Under the pieces are notes generated by a model, which did not search any database, was not told the DNA's origin, and was given only the letters and a program-made list of their open reading frames with translations. The position numbers and the translations under genes are program-made. A stretch of DNA of 64,000 nucleotides from a virus (taxonomy: Duplodnaviria; Heunggongvirae; Uroviricota; Caudoviricetes), in the IMG/VR virus record IMGVR_UViG_3300025778_000009; one strand, 5' to 3'. This document shows positions 45,216-55,949 of this stretch, piece by piece. Numbering within the stretch: the stretch's first letter is position 1; each line of letters opens with the position of its first letter.

Positions 45216-45318
45216 CAGGAGACATAAATGATCAAGCGTTACGACCTTATTCTTAAGAAGTGGCTTGTTGGTTATTGGATTGGTTCTACTTTTAAGATAG
45301 TTGCTGCTATAGATTAAT

Positions 45319-46107
45319 ATGAAAAGAATACTATTAGTAGGTAAAAATAGCTTTATATGTAAACAGCTACTAATAGATCTTAGTATGGTAAATTATGTCG
45401 ATTGTATATCATTTCACAATTTAGGTGATGTGGTATACAACGACTATGATTATATTATTAACTGTGCTATACATCCCGATTATAGAAGTCAACCTTACTC
45501 TTACAATAATGATATAGACCTGAAAATATCTAGAAAATTTTCAGGCTATTTTATTATGTTTAGTTCCCGTAAAGTTTACGGTTCTAATAATGATCTTTTA
45601 TATTATACAGAAGACTCACCTATAAACCCTAACGATCACTATGGGTTAAATAAATCTTTTACGGAAAATACTATTAAGAGTGAGCGCAATAAGAATATTA
45701 TTCTTAGAGCATCAAACGTGTTTGGTTTGGAATATCAGAGAAAATCTTATATGGGATTTTTAATGAATCAGTTAAAAGATAGTGGTAATATCGAGATAGA
45801 TGTGAGCCCGTATACTATTAGAGATTTTATTTGTGTACAAGATGTTTCTAAAATAGTTAATTTAATTGTTGAAAAAGAAATAGAAGGTACTTATAATTTA
45901 AGTTCTGGTTACGGTGAAATGGTAGGTTCTACTGCTGAGTATCTTATAAAAGGATATGGAAGAGGCAACCTCGTTTCTAAATCAAAAGAACGAAGAGATC
46001 AATTTATTTTAGATAATAAAAAACTTTTAACTGCTTTAAACGTAGATATTGAATTTAATATTAAAGATCAAATGATGAATTTAGGTGAACAATTATGCAA
46101 GATATGA
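45319..46107 (+). CDS. NAD-dependent epimerase/dehydratase
   Basis: GKNSFI, SSRKVYG, YGLNK. Confidence 0.8.
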   Translation: MKRILLVGKNSFICKQLLIDLSMVNYVDCISFHNLGDVVYNDYDYIINCAIHPDYRSQPYSYNNDIDLKISRKFSGYFIMFSSRKVYGSNNDLLYYTEDSPINPNDHYGLNKSFTENTIKSERNKNIILRASNVFGLEYQRKSYMGFLMNQLKDSGNIEIDVSPYTIRDFICVQDVSKIVNLIVEKEIEGTYNLSSGYGEMVGSTAEYLIKGYGRGNLVSKSKERRDQFILDNKKLLTALNVDIEFNIKDQMMNLGEQLCKI

Positions 46108-46943
46108 TTATTAGTGCTATTAGCGATTATAAAAAAGATAATTTGAAATACTGGGTTAACTCTATTAATCGTTCTGGTTTTAATGGTCGTAGGGTTATGG
46201 TTGTTCATAATATTTTAGACGAGACATTAGAATATCTTGATTCAGAAGGTTTTGAAGTTCTACTTACGTCTGATGTACGTAATAAAAATAACAATGGGTT
46301 TCATTTTGCTGATAACTATGGTAATCGTGTTACAGTTTCTCGTCATTGGTATAACTGGAAATTTTTAAAAGATCAAACTGATGTTCGTTTTGTGATATCG
46401 TGTGATATTGATATTATTTTTCAATCTAATCCATCTGAATGGTTAGAAGAAAATCTAGGTGATAAAAAATTAAATTATGGGTGCGAGGCTTTGCTTTACA
46501 AAGATGAGCCATGGGGTAATGATAATTTAATGCGTTGCTTTGGTCCTGAGATACACGAAACAATGAAAAATAATCCAATCTATAATGCAGGCTCAATGGC
46601 TGGTGAATGTAAAACACTTGCTGATTTTTCTTTGAATGTATTTAAAACTATTGAACGTATTCCTAATGATGTTCCAGATCAAGCTGGTGTTAATTTTCTT
46701 TTGAATCTTGAACCATATAAATCAATTACTAAATTTAATGATCATGATACTAATTGGGCATGTCAGTTAGGCACAACAGCCAATCCTCAAAAGATAGGTC
46801 ATTTCCGTCCTAACTTATTGAGCTCGGAACCAGTGTTTGATGGACATTATATATACAATAGTAAGGGTGAAAAATATTGTTTAGCTCATCAATATAATAA
46901 AGTGCCTGAATGGCAAGCTAAACTAGAACAAATTTATGGATGA
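46095..46943 (+). CDS. GT-A glycosyltransferase-like
   Basis: CDIDIIFQSNP, NAG, DQA, HQY. Confidence 0.65.
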   Translation: MQDMIISAISDYKKDNLKYWVNSINRSGFNGRRVMVVHNILDETLEYLDSEGFEVLLTSDVRNKNNNGFHFADNYGNRVTVSRHWYNWKFLKDQTDVRFVISCDIDIIFQSNPSEWLEENLGDKKLNYGCEALLYKDEPWGNDNLMRCFGPEIHETMKNNPIYNAGSMAGECKTLADFSLNVFKTIERIPNDVPDQAGVNFLLNLEPYKSITKFNDHDTNWACQLGTTANPQKIGHFRPNLLSSEPVFDGHYIYNSKGEKYCLAHQYNKVPEWQAKLEQIYG

Positions 46944-46949
46944 TTTATT

Positions 46950-47900
46950 ATGATTATTGTGACCGGGGCTGCTGGGTTTATTGGCAGCAATTTTGTAAAA
47001 TATCTAATTAATAAAACCTCAGAACAAATTGCCGTTGTAGATAACCTTACCTATGCATCTGCATTAGGATTTAAGGATATTGTCAACCTCCCTATTCTTT
47101 TATATCGTTTAAATATTATTCATTATGATGCACTTGAGCCGCTATTCAAAAATAATCAAATTACTGCAGTTATTCATTTTGCAGCCGAAAGTCATGTTGA
47201 TAATTCTATTGCTAATTGTCAACCTTTTATTGATACTAATATAACAGGTACAGTTAATCTTCTTAAGCTGGCTGTTAAATATAAAGTTTTAAGATTTCTG
47301 CATGTATCTACCGATGAAGTTTTTGGTCAAATTATAGACGGTAAATTTGATGAGTCTTGGGCTCTTCAACCAAGAAATCCTTATTCAGCTTCTAAGGCTG
47401 CAGCAGAACATTTTGTAGAAGCATTTCATAACACATATGGTCTTAATACCACTATTGTTAATTGCTCTAACAATTATGGACCAAATCAATTTCCAGAAAA
47501 GCTTATTCCATTAACTATTAATAATCTTCTTAAGGGTAAGAAGATACCTGTATACGGTACTGGGCAACAAGTACGTGATTGGCTTTTTGTAGAAGATTGC
47601 TGTGAAGCAATCTTTAAGGTATACGAGCATTCAATGTCAGAATATGGGTGGGCACAGGATAGATTTTGTATTGGCGGTGATAATGAAATTGCTAATATTG
47701 ATCTTATTAAGAAGATTATCTCTATTATGGGTATGTCAGAAGAATCTATAGAATATGTTAAAGATAGACCTGGGCATGATTATCGCTATGCAACTAGTAT
47801 TGAAAAAATTAAAAAAGAGTTGAAATGGGAACCTAAAACTTCTCTTGATGATGGATTAAAAATTACAATTGATAGGATTAAAAATGAAAATAGGATTTAA
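46950..47900 (+). CDS. rmlB: dTDP-glucose 4,6-dehydratase
   Basis: TGAAGFIG, HFAAESHVDNS, STDEV, YSASK, DRPGHD. Confidence 0.92.
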   Translation: MIIVTGAAGFIGSNFVKYLINKTSEQIAVVDNLTYASALGFKDIVNLPILLYRLNIIHYDALEPLFKNNQITAVIHFAAESHVDNSIANCQPFIDTNITGTVNLLKLAVKYKVLRFLHVSTDEVFGQIIDGKFDESWALQPRNPYSASKAAAEHFVEAFHNTYGLNTTIVNCSNNYGPNQFPEKLIPLTINNLLKGKKIPVYGTGQQVRDWLFVEDCCEAIFKVYEHSMSEYGWAQDRFCIGGDNEIANIDLIKKIISIMGMSEESIEYVKDRPGHDYRYATSIEKIKKELKWEPKTSLDDGLKITIDRIKNENRI

Positions 47901-48372
47901 CTGTTCTTCTTTTGATTTATTCCATGCTGGGCATGTCGCCATGCTTAAAATGGAAAAAGAGATGTGTGATTATTTAAAAGTAGCTCTTCAGGTAGATCCT
48001 TCTATTGATCGTCCTGGAATTAAAAATAAACCAGTTCAGTCAATGTACGAAAGATACATTCAATTACAAGCCTGTAAATACGTAGATGAAATTCTTTTGT
48101 ATGATACGGAAGATGATCTCCTTAATCTAATTAAAAGTCAGACAATGCATATCCGGTTCTTAAGTGAAGAGTATAAGAACCGTGATTTTACTGGTAAAGA
48201 GTATTGTTTGAATAATGGTATTGAGATTCATTATCATCTTCGCCAACATAATTTTAGCTCTACTGAATTACGTGATAGAATTTATCAAATGGAATTACAA
48301 AAAAGATCAGAAAAATTTGAAAGTCCTATTCCACCACATTCATTAGAATTGTTGAAGAAGGTTAAAAAATGA
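47884..48372 (+). CDS. Cytidylyltransferase (TagD-like), second copy
   Basis: FDLFHAGH, RQHNFSSTELR. Confidence 0.85.
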   Translation: MKIGFNCSSFDLFHAGHVAMLKMEKEMCDYLKVALQVDPSIDRPGIKNKPVQSMYERYIQLQACKYVDEILLYDTEDDLLNLIKSQTMHIRFLSEEYKNRDFTGKEYCLNNGIEIHYHLRQHNFSSTELRDRIYQMELQKRSEKFESPIPPHSLELLKKVKK

Positions 48373-49202
48373 ATCCAAATATGACAATAGTCACAGCCTT
48401 TTTTGATGTTGGTAGAGGTGAAGTACCACCCGTAGTAAGAGGTAGAGAAGTACCTGCATATCAACGTAGAGGCTTTGAGGAATATTTTTATTACTTTAAT
48501 ATGCTTGCATCTATGAAAAATGATATGATCATTTATACAGAACCAAAGTTTGTTGATGCAATTAATAATATTAGAGCATCACATGGTAATGTAGAGAATA
48601 CAAAAGTTATTGTATACGAAAATGCGTTAGAGAGTTTTAATTTTGTTACAGAGCAATTAAATAAAGTATTAAACTCAGAAGAGTATGTTAGTAAGATTGA
48701 TAATCCTCATCTTATTGAATATTGGAATGCAAAATATAATCTAGTAAATTTTTTAAAGTCACACTTTGTTGCACAAGCATATGAAAATGGTTTTATTAAG
48801 ACCTCAAAGGCTGCTTGGATTGATTTTGGGTATGTTCGTACTCCTAATAATCTTCCACCATCTTTTTATTGGGATTATGATTTCGATGTTAATAAGATTC
48901 ACCTCTTTAACTTAAAAGAGATTGAACCGGAAAGACCTGTAGAAGATATTATTAAGACTGGTGACGTCTATATTATGGGTTGTCATATAGTTGCTGGTTC
49001 ACATATGTGGTCGAGATTAAAAGATTTAGTATTTGATAATGTTGCTGAACTGCTAAAACGTAATTTAACCGATGACGATCAAACAATGTTGTTGCTTTCT
49101 TATTTGCAAGAGCCTAATATATTTGAATTGCGTCATGTCGATCCTAGTAACTGGTTTATTATTTTTAATAAATTTAATGATTTGAGAGTTGCAAATGTAT
49201 AA
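48369..49202 (+). CDS. HtrL/YibB (WlaTC)-like glycosyltransferase
   Basis: TIVTAFFDVGR, AWIDFG, DDDQ. Confidence 0.75.
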   Translation: MNPNMTIVTAFFDVGRGEVPPVVRGREVPAYQRRGFEEYFYYFNMLASMKNDMIIYTEPKFVDAINNIRASHGNVENTKVIVYENALESFNFVTEQLNKVLNSEEYVSKIDNPHLIEYWNAKYNLVNFLKSHFVAQAYENGFIKTSKAAWIDFGYVRTPNNLPPSFYWDYDFDVNKIHLFNLKEIEPERPVEDIIKTGDVYIMGCHIVAGSHMWSRLKDLVFDNVAELLKRNLTDDDQTMLLLSYLQEPNIFELRHVDPSNWFIIFNKFNDLRVANV

Positions 49203-49935
49203 TGTAGTTATACCTATGGCTGGATTAGGATCTAGATTTCCTTCTCATCAATTTCCTATGCCTAAACCGTTAATTCCGGTTAACGGTGAACCAATGATTA
49301 CTAAGGCTATTAAAAGTTTTGGTTTTGATCTTTTATCTTTTGACTGTAACTGGTATTTTGTAGTTGCTAAAAATAACTATACAAACCAATTAAAAGATAC
49401 TATTTGCCTTACAGTTCCTAGTGCAAATTTTATTGATATAGACTATATTACAGAAGGACCGGCATGTTCAGCTCTTTTGTTTAAAGATAAAATTAACAAT
49501 GAAGATGAATTAATTATTGCTAATTGTGATCAGATTATGGAATGGAGCAGCTCTATGTTCTTCCTTAATGCTCGTTCATTTCAAGGATGTGTAGTAACTT
49601 ATCATACAGATACTGATAAGAATAGTTTTGCTCGTATTGATGAAAATGGTTTAGTTAAAGAAATTAGAGAAAAACAAGTTCTTAGTAATGTAAGCCTTAA
49701 TGGTATTCACTATTGGCGCCAAGGAAAATATTTTGTTGATAGCGCAGAAGAAATGATTGCTGCTCAAGATAGAGCACCTAATGGTGAGTTTTATATTGGT
49801 CCAACATATAACTATATGATTAAATCAGGTAAAACTGTTGGCATCTACCATATACCTAACCAACAGCATCATGCCGTTGGTGTTCCTCATGATCTAGAAA
49901 TGTATTTAAATTATGTTAAAAGAAAAACTAAGTAA
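49195..49935 (+). CDS. Sugar-phosphate nucleotidyltransferase
   Basis: IPMAGLGSRF...PKPLI, TEGPACSA, NGEFYI. Confidence 0.8.
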   Translation: MYNVVIPMAGLGSRFPSHQFPMPKPLIPVNGEPMITKAIKSFGFDLLSFDCNWYFVVAKNNYTNQLKDTICLTVPSANFIDIDYITEGPACSALLFKDKINNEDELIIANCDQIMEWSSSMFFLNARSFQGCVVTYHTDTDKNSFARIDENGLVKEIREKQVLSNVSLNGIHYWRQGKYFVDSAEEMIAAQDRAPNGEFYIGPTYNYMIKSGKTVGIYHIPNQQHHAVGVPHDLEMYLNYVKRKTK

Positions 49936-50233
49936 TATGATCCGCGGATGGTTCATAGGTGATTTTGAACCATCCGTGTTTAAGACTAAAGATTTTGAAG
50001 TTGGCGTTCTTACTCATAAAAAAGGTGAAGAATGGCCAAAACATTATCATAAGATTGCTACAGAATATACCGTTTTGCTTTCTGGTTCAATGACCATTTG
50101 TGGTGAATTAATTGAAGCTGGAACTATTTTTATTTTAGAACCGGGTGAAGTTGCAGATCCAGTCTTTCATGAAGACTGTACAGTGATTGTAGTAAAAACC
50201 CCTAGCGTGATTGGAGATAAGTATGTCGTTTGA
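49913..50233 (+). CDS. Cupin-domain protein
   Basis: GWFIGDFEP, HYHKIATE. Confidence 0.7.
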   Translation: MLKEKLSNMIRGWFIGDFEPSVFKTKDFEVGVLTHKKGEEWPKHYHKIATEYTVLLSGSMTICGELIEAGTIFILEPGEVADPVFHEDCTVIVVKTPSVIGDKYVV

Positions 50234-51422
50234 TGCTTTTCGTGATAAATCTTCTTTAGATCCTCAAGAATACGTATTTGTAAAATATGAATTAGATAGC
50301 ACTGAAAGTGTTAAGAAGGCAGCTTGGGATCTAGCTATCGGTCAGAGTGTTGGTAATCCAAATGTTCGTAATGATTGGGAAACAGATGAGCTGTTTGAAA
50401 AACATAGTTGCTTGATTACTATGGTAGATGAAGAAAATAAATTAGCTGAAATAGCTTTTCCAGTTGAGAATACTAATTGGAAAGAAGATGGTATCTCTCA
50501 CTTACTTTGTCAGATTATGGGTGGTCAAACAGATATTGATCATATTATTAAGAGTCGTGTAATTGATATTGAAATCCCTGAATGTGTTAAAGCTTGGTTT
50601 AGGGAACCACGATTTGGATTTAAAGGTTATCGTGAGTATTTAAACCAATATGATAAACCTTTATTGGGTGGTATTGTAAAACCAAAGACAGGTATTAGCC
50701 CGCAAACTCTTCTTGAGATGGTTAAGCAAATGGTCGAGGGTGGTGTTGATTTTATTAAAGAAGATGAAATTCTTTCCAATCCCAACTTCTGCCCTCTTTG
50801 GCAACGTGTTCCATTGATTGCTGATTATCTAGCTAATTGTGGTCGAAAGGTTGCTTATCATTTTTGTATTAATAGCGATCCTCTATATGTTCTTGAAAGA
50901 GCCAAATATGTTGCTAAGCACAGCACTGAAAATTTAACATTAGGGGTTCATATTAATGTTTGGTCTGGACTTGGTGTTTACAATTCTATTCGTAAATTAA
51001 ATTTGCCTTTATTCATTCATTATCAAAAGAGTGGTGAAAAGACATTTACACATCCAAAGAATCCATTTGGTATTTCATGGCCTGTACTTTGTGAATTAGC
51101 AGGATTGTCTGGTGTAGATACTATTCATGCAGGTATGATCGGGGGGTATTCTTCTGATGATCCAGTAATGATGGAACAAGCTATTGCAAATCTTAATAAG
51201 TATGGGACGGTCCCATCATTATCATGTGGAATGCATCCTGGTCTTGTTAATCATGTAACTGAATTATTTGGTTCAGTTGATTATATGGCAAGTGTCGGTG
51301 GTGCTATTCATGGTCATCCAAACGGCACACTAGCAGGTGCAACGGCTATGCGTCAGGCTATTGATAAGACTTATGGGCCTGAATATGATGTAGCTATTGC
51401 TAAATGGGGTTTAGTAAATTGA
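50223..51422 (+). CDS. RuBisCO-like protein (form IV)
   Basis: GGIVKPKTG, GGVDFIKEDE, SCGMHPG, GGAIHGHP.G..AGA.AMRQA. Confidence 0.9.
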   Translation: MSFDAFRDKSSLDPQEYVFVKYELDSTESVKKAAWDLAIGQSVGNPNVRNDWETDELFEKHSCLITMVDEENKLAEIAFPVENTNWKEDGISHLLCQIMGGQTDIDHIIKSRVIDIEIPECVKAWFREPRFGFKGYREYLNQYDKPLLGGIVKPKTGISPQTLLEMVKQMVEGGVDFIKEDEILSNPNFCPLWQRVPLIADYLANCGRKVAYHFCINSDPLYVLERAKYVAKHSTENLTLGVHINVWSGLGVYNSIRKLNLPLFIHYQKSGEKTFTHPKNPFGISWPVLCELAGLSGVDTIHAGMIGGYSSDDPVMMEQAIANLNKYGTVPSLSCGMHPGLVNHVTELFGSVDYMASVGGAIHGHPNGTLAGATAMRQAIDKTYGPEYDVAIAKWGLVN

Positions 51423-52123
51423 AAAAGAAAAGCGTTTCCTGGTCAGATGGCCAGACTAATCAAAACATTTTTGATAACTACAATAACTGGATTATGAGTG
51501 CTGATAAGAAAGTATTCTTTAAGCTTTGCATGCGCATGAATCTTTATAATCAAGTAAAAGATTTACATGGTGATATAGTAGAATGTGGTGTGTTTAAAGG
51601 CGCAGGGCTTTTGGCCTGGCTTAAACTTATTGATATGCATCAACCTCATTCTATTAAAAAAGTAATTGGTTTTGATTTTTTTGATCCAACATTTACTGAT
51701 AATTTAGAAAGTACTATTGATAAAGAAAACATGAAACATGTTTTTAATAGAGATCCTACACTTAAAGTATCAGAGTTGTCTGTAGAGAGTATTAAAACTA
51801 AATTAAATAATGCTGGATACAATGAAAGTAAATTTGAATTAATTAAAGGCGATATTTCTGATACTGCTAAAATATTTGTAGAAGATAAACCAGGATTTAG
51901 AATATCACTACTCTACTTAGACCTTGATTTAGATCATCCAACATACGATACTTTAGAAGCATTCTGGGATAGAGTAGTCCCTGGTGGTATTGTTGTATTT
52001 GATGAGTATGCTATCTACAGCTGGACAGAGTCAAATGCAGTTGATAGATTCTTTAAAGACAAAAATGTCAAGATTATAAACACAAATATATTTTCACCAT
52101 CAGCATATATTATTAAGGAATAA
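51404..52123 (+). CDS. TylF/MycF-like O-methyltransferase
   Basis: GDIVECGVFKG, GFDFF, LYLDLD, GGIVVFDEY. Confidence 0.8.
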   Translation: MGFSKLKKKSVSWSDGQTNQNIFDNYNNWIMSADKKVFFKLCMRMNLYNQVKDLHGDIVECGVFKGAGLLAWLKLIDMHQPHSIKKVIGFDFFDPTFTDNLESTIDKENMKHVFNRDPTLKVSELSVESIKTKLNNAGYNESKFELIKGDISDTAKIFVEDKPGFRISLLYLDLDLDHPTYDTLEAFWDRVVPGGIVVFDEYAIYSWTESNAVDRFFKDKNVKIINTNIFSPSAYIIKE

Positions 52124-52125
52124 AC

Positions 52126-52863
52126 ATGAAGACCGCTATTGTAATTAATGGACATGTTCGTACATGGGAAAAATGTAAAGATAACTTCATTGACACTTTC
52201 GGTGATTTGAACGCTGACGTATTTGTTTCTGTCTATAATAAACAATTTGAATATGCAGAATATATTAGATCAATTCAAGATTTTTATGGTGAAAATATCT
52301 TAGAAGAAAATGATATTAAAAGAATGTTTGAAGGTATTAATCTTAAAAAGATTGTTATTGATAACAGTGAGGAAATGCAATCAATAGTTGCAAAAGAAAA
52401 AGAAAACGTAAAACTTCAATTTAATACACAAGCACACGGTAAAGATATTTTTATCTCTATTTACCCACAATACCGTAAACTATATTACATTATGAAAGAT
52501 GTAGCCAAATACGAAGAAGAGAACAACTTTAAGTATGATAGAATTATTAAGACAAGAACAGAAGTAATTTATCACCCTGAAGTTTTTAAAAGAGCTTATA
52601 GTATCTTAGGTGATAATGAAATACTGGTCGATGCCGGTGCAGTACCTCTTAACGATGTAATGTATGCATGTAGCCGAGATAATATGTATAAAATTGTTGA
52701 CTTTCTTTATAATGAATTTTTTGATCCTAAATTTCCTGAACATGACGTTCATTGGCCTCCTCACAGTATGTTAAAGATTGGCGTTGAATCAAATAATATT
52801 GGTGTTGTTTCTCGCCGGTTGTTTAAGCATATTGAAAGAGAAAAACTTCAACAGGTGTATTGA
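52126..52863 (+). CDS. Putative glycosyltransferase-like protein
   Basis: AIVINGHVR...YDRIIKTR; paralogue of 53318-54034. Confidence 0.55.
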   Translation: MKTAIVINGHVRTWEKCKDNFIDTFGDLNADVFVSVYNKQFEYAEYIRSIQDFYGENILEENDIKRMFEGINLKKIVIDNSEEMQSIVAKEKENVKLQFNTQAHGKDIFISIYPQYRKLYYIMKDVAKYEEENNFKYDRIIKTRTEVIYHPEVFKRAYSILGDNEILVDAGAVPLNDVMYACSRDNMYKIVDFLYNEFFDPKFPEHDVHWPPHSMLKIGVESNNIGVVSRRLFKHIEREKLQQVY

Positions 52864-53321
52864 TGATTAAGATTGCTCATCGTGGTTTATTTGAAAGTCA
52901 AAGTAACGACCGTGATTTAGAAAATAAACCTGAACAAATTGAATTAGCTTTAGCTAAAGGATTTGATGCAGAGATTGACTTACAGGTAATTAATAATAAA
53001 TTATTTTTAGGTCACGATACTCCTGATTATGAGATAAATGAATCTTTTCTATTAAAAAGAGGTTTATGGATTCATGCCAAGAATGCTGATTCGCTTCGAT
53101 ATTTGGCCACTAAATTGCCTAACCTAAATTATTTTGCACATGCCAATGATCCAGTTGTTATTACGACTCATGGTTGGTTATGGTATCATTGCTATCATCT
53201 TAAAGATATGAAGAGAGGTAGAGCCATTGCTGTTATGCCTGAATACACAATAAGAGATGTTAATTCATTTAATTCTTTAGATTGTGATGGTATTTGTTCT
53301 GACTTCGTTGGCCTTTTATGA
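52860..53321 (+). CDS. PLC-like/GDPD phosphodiesterase
   Basis: IAHRG, EN, EID, LGHD, WIHAKN, GICSD. Confidence 0.75.
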   Translation: MMIKIAHRGLFESQSNDRDLENKPEQIELALAKGFDAEIDLQVINNKLFLGHDTPDYEINESFLLKRGLWIHAKNADSLRYLATKLPNLNYFAHANDPVVITTHGWLWYHCYHLKDMKRGRAIAVMPEYTIRDVNSFNSLDCDGICSDFVGLL

Positions 53322-54034
53322 GAACAGCACTTATATTAACCGGTCATATGAGATGCTGGAAGCAAATGATTCCTCATATGACAGAAAAATATATTAATAA
53401 GTATAATCCTGATATATTTATTAGTTGTTGGGAGAACGAAGGTTGGTGGAAATGGGGGAATGAAAAGGGATTTCATGAAAATTCTAATCATGTAGATCCT
53501 GATGAGATAAGATCTCTCCTTAACCCTGTTGAAATGAGATATGAATATTTTGATCCTCATGAACCGTATTTTACTGAGAGAGCAAAACGTTATCCTAATT
53601 CATATATTTCCCCTAAAAATATTTTATCGATGACTTATAAATGGCTTGATGGATTTTATCTATTAAAGCATCATATGGCTATTACTGGTAAACAGTATGA
53701 TCTAGTTATTAAAACTAGAACTGACTTAGAGATAATGGGTGATTTGCCTGAATTTGATTTAGATAAATTTTATATCATCTATAACCACTACAACCAAGGT
53801 GGTCATAATGATGTGTTTTATGCTAGTAACTATCAAAAAGCTGAGCATGTATCTAATTTTATTCTTAATTTTGACTCATTATATTCTCAAACAAACACAG
53901 TCTGTACACATCTAATGACGCAAAAACATTTTGAAAATGCAGAAATAGACGTGATTTCTTTAAATATTCCATATAGACTACATAATACACCTTGGGGTCA
54001 GCACCAAGATGTTAACAGATTTATTAAACAATAA
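53318..54034 (+). CDS. Putative glycosyltransferase-like protein
   Basis: ALILTGHMR...YDLVIKTRTD. Confidence 0.55.
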   Translation: MRTALILTGHMRCWKQMIPHMTEKYINKYNPDIFISCWENEGWWKWGNEKGFHENSNHVDPDEIRSLLNPVEMRYEYFDPHEPYFTERAKRYPNSYISPKNILSMTYKWLDGFYLLKHHMAITGKQYDLVIKTRTDLEIMGDLPEFDLDKFYIIYNHYNQGGHNDVFYASNYQKAEHVSNFILNFDSLYSQTNTVCTHLMTQKHFENAEIDVISLNIPYRLHNTPWGQHQDVNRFIKQ

Positions 54035-54106
54035 ATAATAAATCGTGTTTTGTTTGACACGAGAAGCATAAGGAGAGTATCCTTATGTCAACCAAAAGGA
54101 CAAACA

Positions 54107-54574
54107 ATGAAGAAACTACTATTAGCCCTAGTGATGGGGTGTAGTATGTCCGTTTCTGCATCATACGCCAAAGATACTTCGTCAAATATATCGTCTAATA
54201 CATCGAAATATACATCGTTAGATATAAAAGAATTAGTTACAACTATTGCAGAAAGACATCACGTTCCATTTGATTTAGCGCATGCTGTAATCTATGTGGA
54301 ATCAAAATATAATCCTAATGTTATGGGTCAAAAAGGTGAATATGGCTTAGGTCAGATTCGCTGTGGAACAGCCAAGAGCATGGGATTTAAAGGCAAGTGT
54401 GAAGAGTTGCACGATGCTAAGAATAACTTAGAATATAGCATGGCTTATCTTCGTTATGCATTAGATCAAACAGATAACGATATCTGTAAAGCAGCATCTT
54501 ATTACGGTAGCGGGTTGATCCCTAAATCCAATAAAACCGCATACTGCCGAAAAATACTTGACAATTTAAATTAA
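54107..54574 (+). CDS. SLT lytic transglycosylase
   Basis: Signal peptide; VIYVESKYNP, GLGQI, NLEYSMAYL. Confidence 0.85.
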   Translation: MKKLLLALVMGCSMSVSASYAKDTSSNISSNTSKYTSLDIKELVTTIAERHHVPFDLAHAVIYVESKYNPNVMGQKGEYGLGQIRCGTAKSMGFKGKCEELHDAKNNLEYSMAYLRYALDQTDNDICKAASYYGSGLIPKSNKTAYCRKILDNLN

Positions 54575-54614
54575 TTACTATATTATAATAGTCAGCGTAT
54601 TAACTGACTATTTT

Positions 54615-54688
54615 TGGAGGATCGTATAATGGAAGTACTAAGGACTTTGACTCCTTCAATCTAGGTTCGAATCCTAGTCCTCCAGCCA
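54615..54688 (+). tRNA. tRNA-Gln(TTG)
   Basis: U1-A72 cloverleaf, CCA. Confidence 0.92.
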
Positions 54689-54725
54689 TAAATAAATTTT
54701 TAATAGTTTTGCGAAAGGGTTGCAA

Positions 54726-55088
54726 ATGAATAAGACTTGGGGCTATCATCTTCTATTGGATTGTACAGCTGGCGATAAAGAGCTTATTGGTTCAAGAGAC
54801 AACATTTATAATTTTACTAAAGAATTAGTAGTGGCCATTGATATGGTTGCTTTTGGTGAACCATGGATTGAACGTTTTGCAACCCATGCAGCAGACAAAG
54901 CTGGCTACAGCATGTGTCAAATGATTGAGACATCAAACATTACTGGTCATTTCTGTGACAATGATGGTAATTTTTATATTGATGTTTTTTCATGTAAGCC
55001 GTTTGAAAATGAAACAGTTATTAGTGTAGTTGATAAGTACTTTAAGCCTGAAAAGGTTCGTACTCATTTTATCTCACGTGACGCTTGA
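54726..55088 (+). CDS. speD: S-adenosylmethionine decarboxylase proenzyme
   Basis: GYHLLLD, IETSNITGH, YIDVFSCK. Confidence 0.85.
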   Translation: MNKTWGYHLLLDCTAGDKELIGSRDNIYNFTKELVVAIDMVAFGEPWIERFATHAADKAGYSMCQMIETSNITGHFCDNDGNFYIDVFSCKPFENETVISVVDKYFKPEKVRTHFISRDA

Positions 55089-55099
55089 GACTAATTTAT

Positions 55100-55176
55100 C
55101 GCGGGATAGCGCAGTCAGGTAGAGCACCGGACTCATAATCCGGAGGTCGTTGGTTCGAATCCATCTCCCGCAACCA
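55100..55176 (+). tRNA. tRNA-Met(CAT), initiator-type C1-A72
   Basis: Cloverleaf, CCA; anticodon stem CCGGA. Confidence 0.88.
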
Positions 55177-55193
55177 AACAATAAAGGTGATCT

Positions 55194-55949
55194 ATGAAAA
55201 TTGAACATGCTTACATTTTGTATATTGATAACCCTGAAGCTACTAACTACATGGAGCAATGTAAGCAGTCTTGCATAGACCATAGCGTACCAGTCACCTC
55301 ATTTCTCGGATTTAAGCTTCCTACAACGGTTGCTGAAGTTAAAGAGAAATGGGGTGTTCGTATAGACCCTGTTGTTCAAGAACGTATTGATGAACCTGTA
55401 TTTCGTATTTGGTTTAAAGAACAACTTTGTACTGCAGGACATATTGCAATGTGGAAAGAGATTGCTAAGCAAGATAAAGCTTATGCTATCTTTGAACATG
55501 ATGCGATCGTAAAACGTAATTTTGATGGTATTGAAGTTAATGATGGTGAAATAGTTTTCTTAGGATTCCGTGTTGATCACCGTGATGATTATGAATGTAT
55601 AAATGATGTATTTACAAAAATTCCAATGAATAAATTTGAAGGTACTCATGCATACGCTATTACCCCTAATACTTGTAAATATCTTTTGGAAGCTATTGAA
55701 CAAAGAGAATATCTCCCAGTAGGAATCTCTGTAGATTTTTATCTTGGTGTGCAGAATCTCTTTAGACTCAATATGTTTGTTGCTGACCCTGCACCTGTAG
55801 TTGCAGCAGTAGAAGATAAAGTATCAGAAACACAACCAGAAGGTAAAGTTGCAAAATACAATATGCTACCACCTGATGGGTTTCTTAAAGGTCTAGTTAA
55901 ACCAGAGAAATATTCAATTGATGAAAAAAATGGATGGTTGGTATTCTAA
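55194..55949 (+). CDS. GT25-like glycosyltransferase
   Basis: C.AGH..MW, IFEHDA, GTHAYAITP. Confidence 0.65.
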   Translation: MKIEHAYILYIDNPEATNYMEQCKQSCIDHSVPVTSFLGFKLPTTVAEVKEKWGVRIDPVVQERIDEPVFRIWFKEQLCTAGHIAMWKEIAKQDKAYAIFEHDAIVKRNFDGIEVNDGEIVFLGFRVDHRDDYECINDVFTKIPMNKFEGTHAYAITPNTCKYLLEAIEQREYLPVGISVDFYLGVQNLFRLNMFVADPAPVVAAVEDKVSETQPEGKVAKYNMLPPDGFLKGLVKPEKYSIDEKNGWLVF

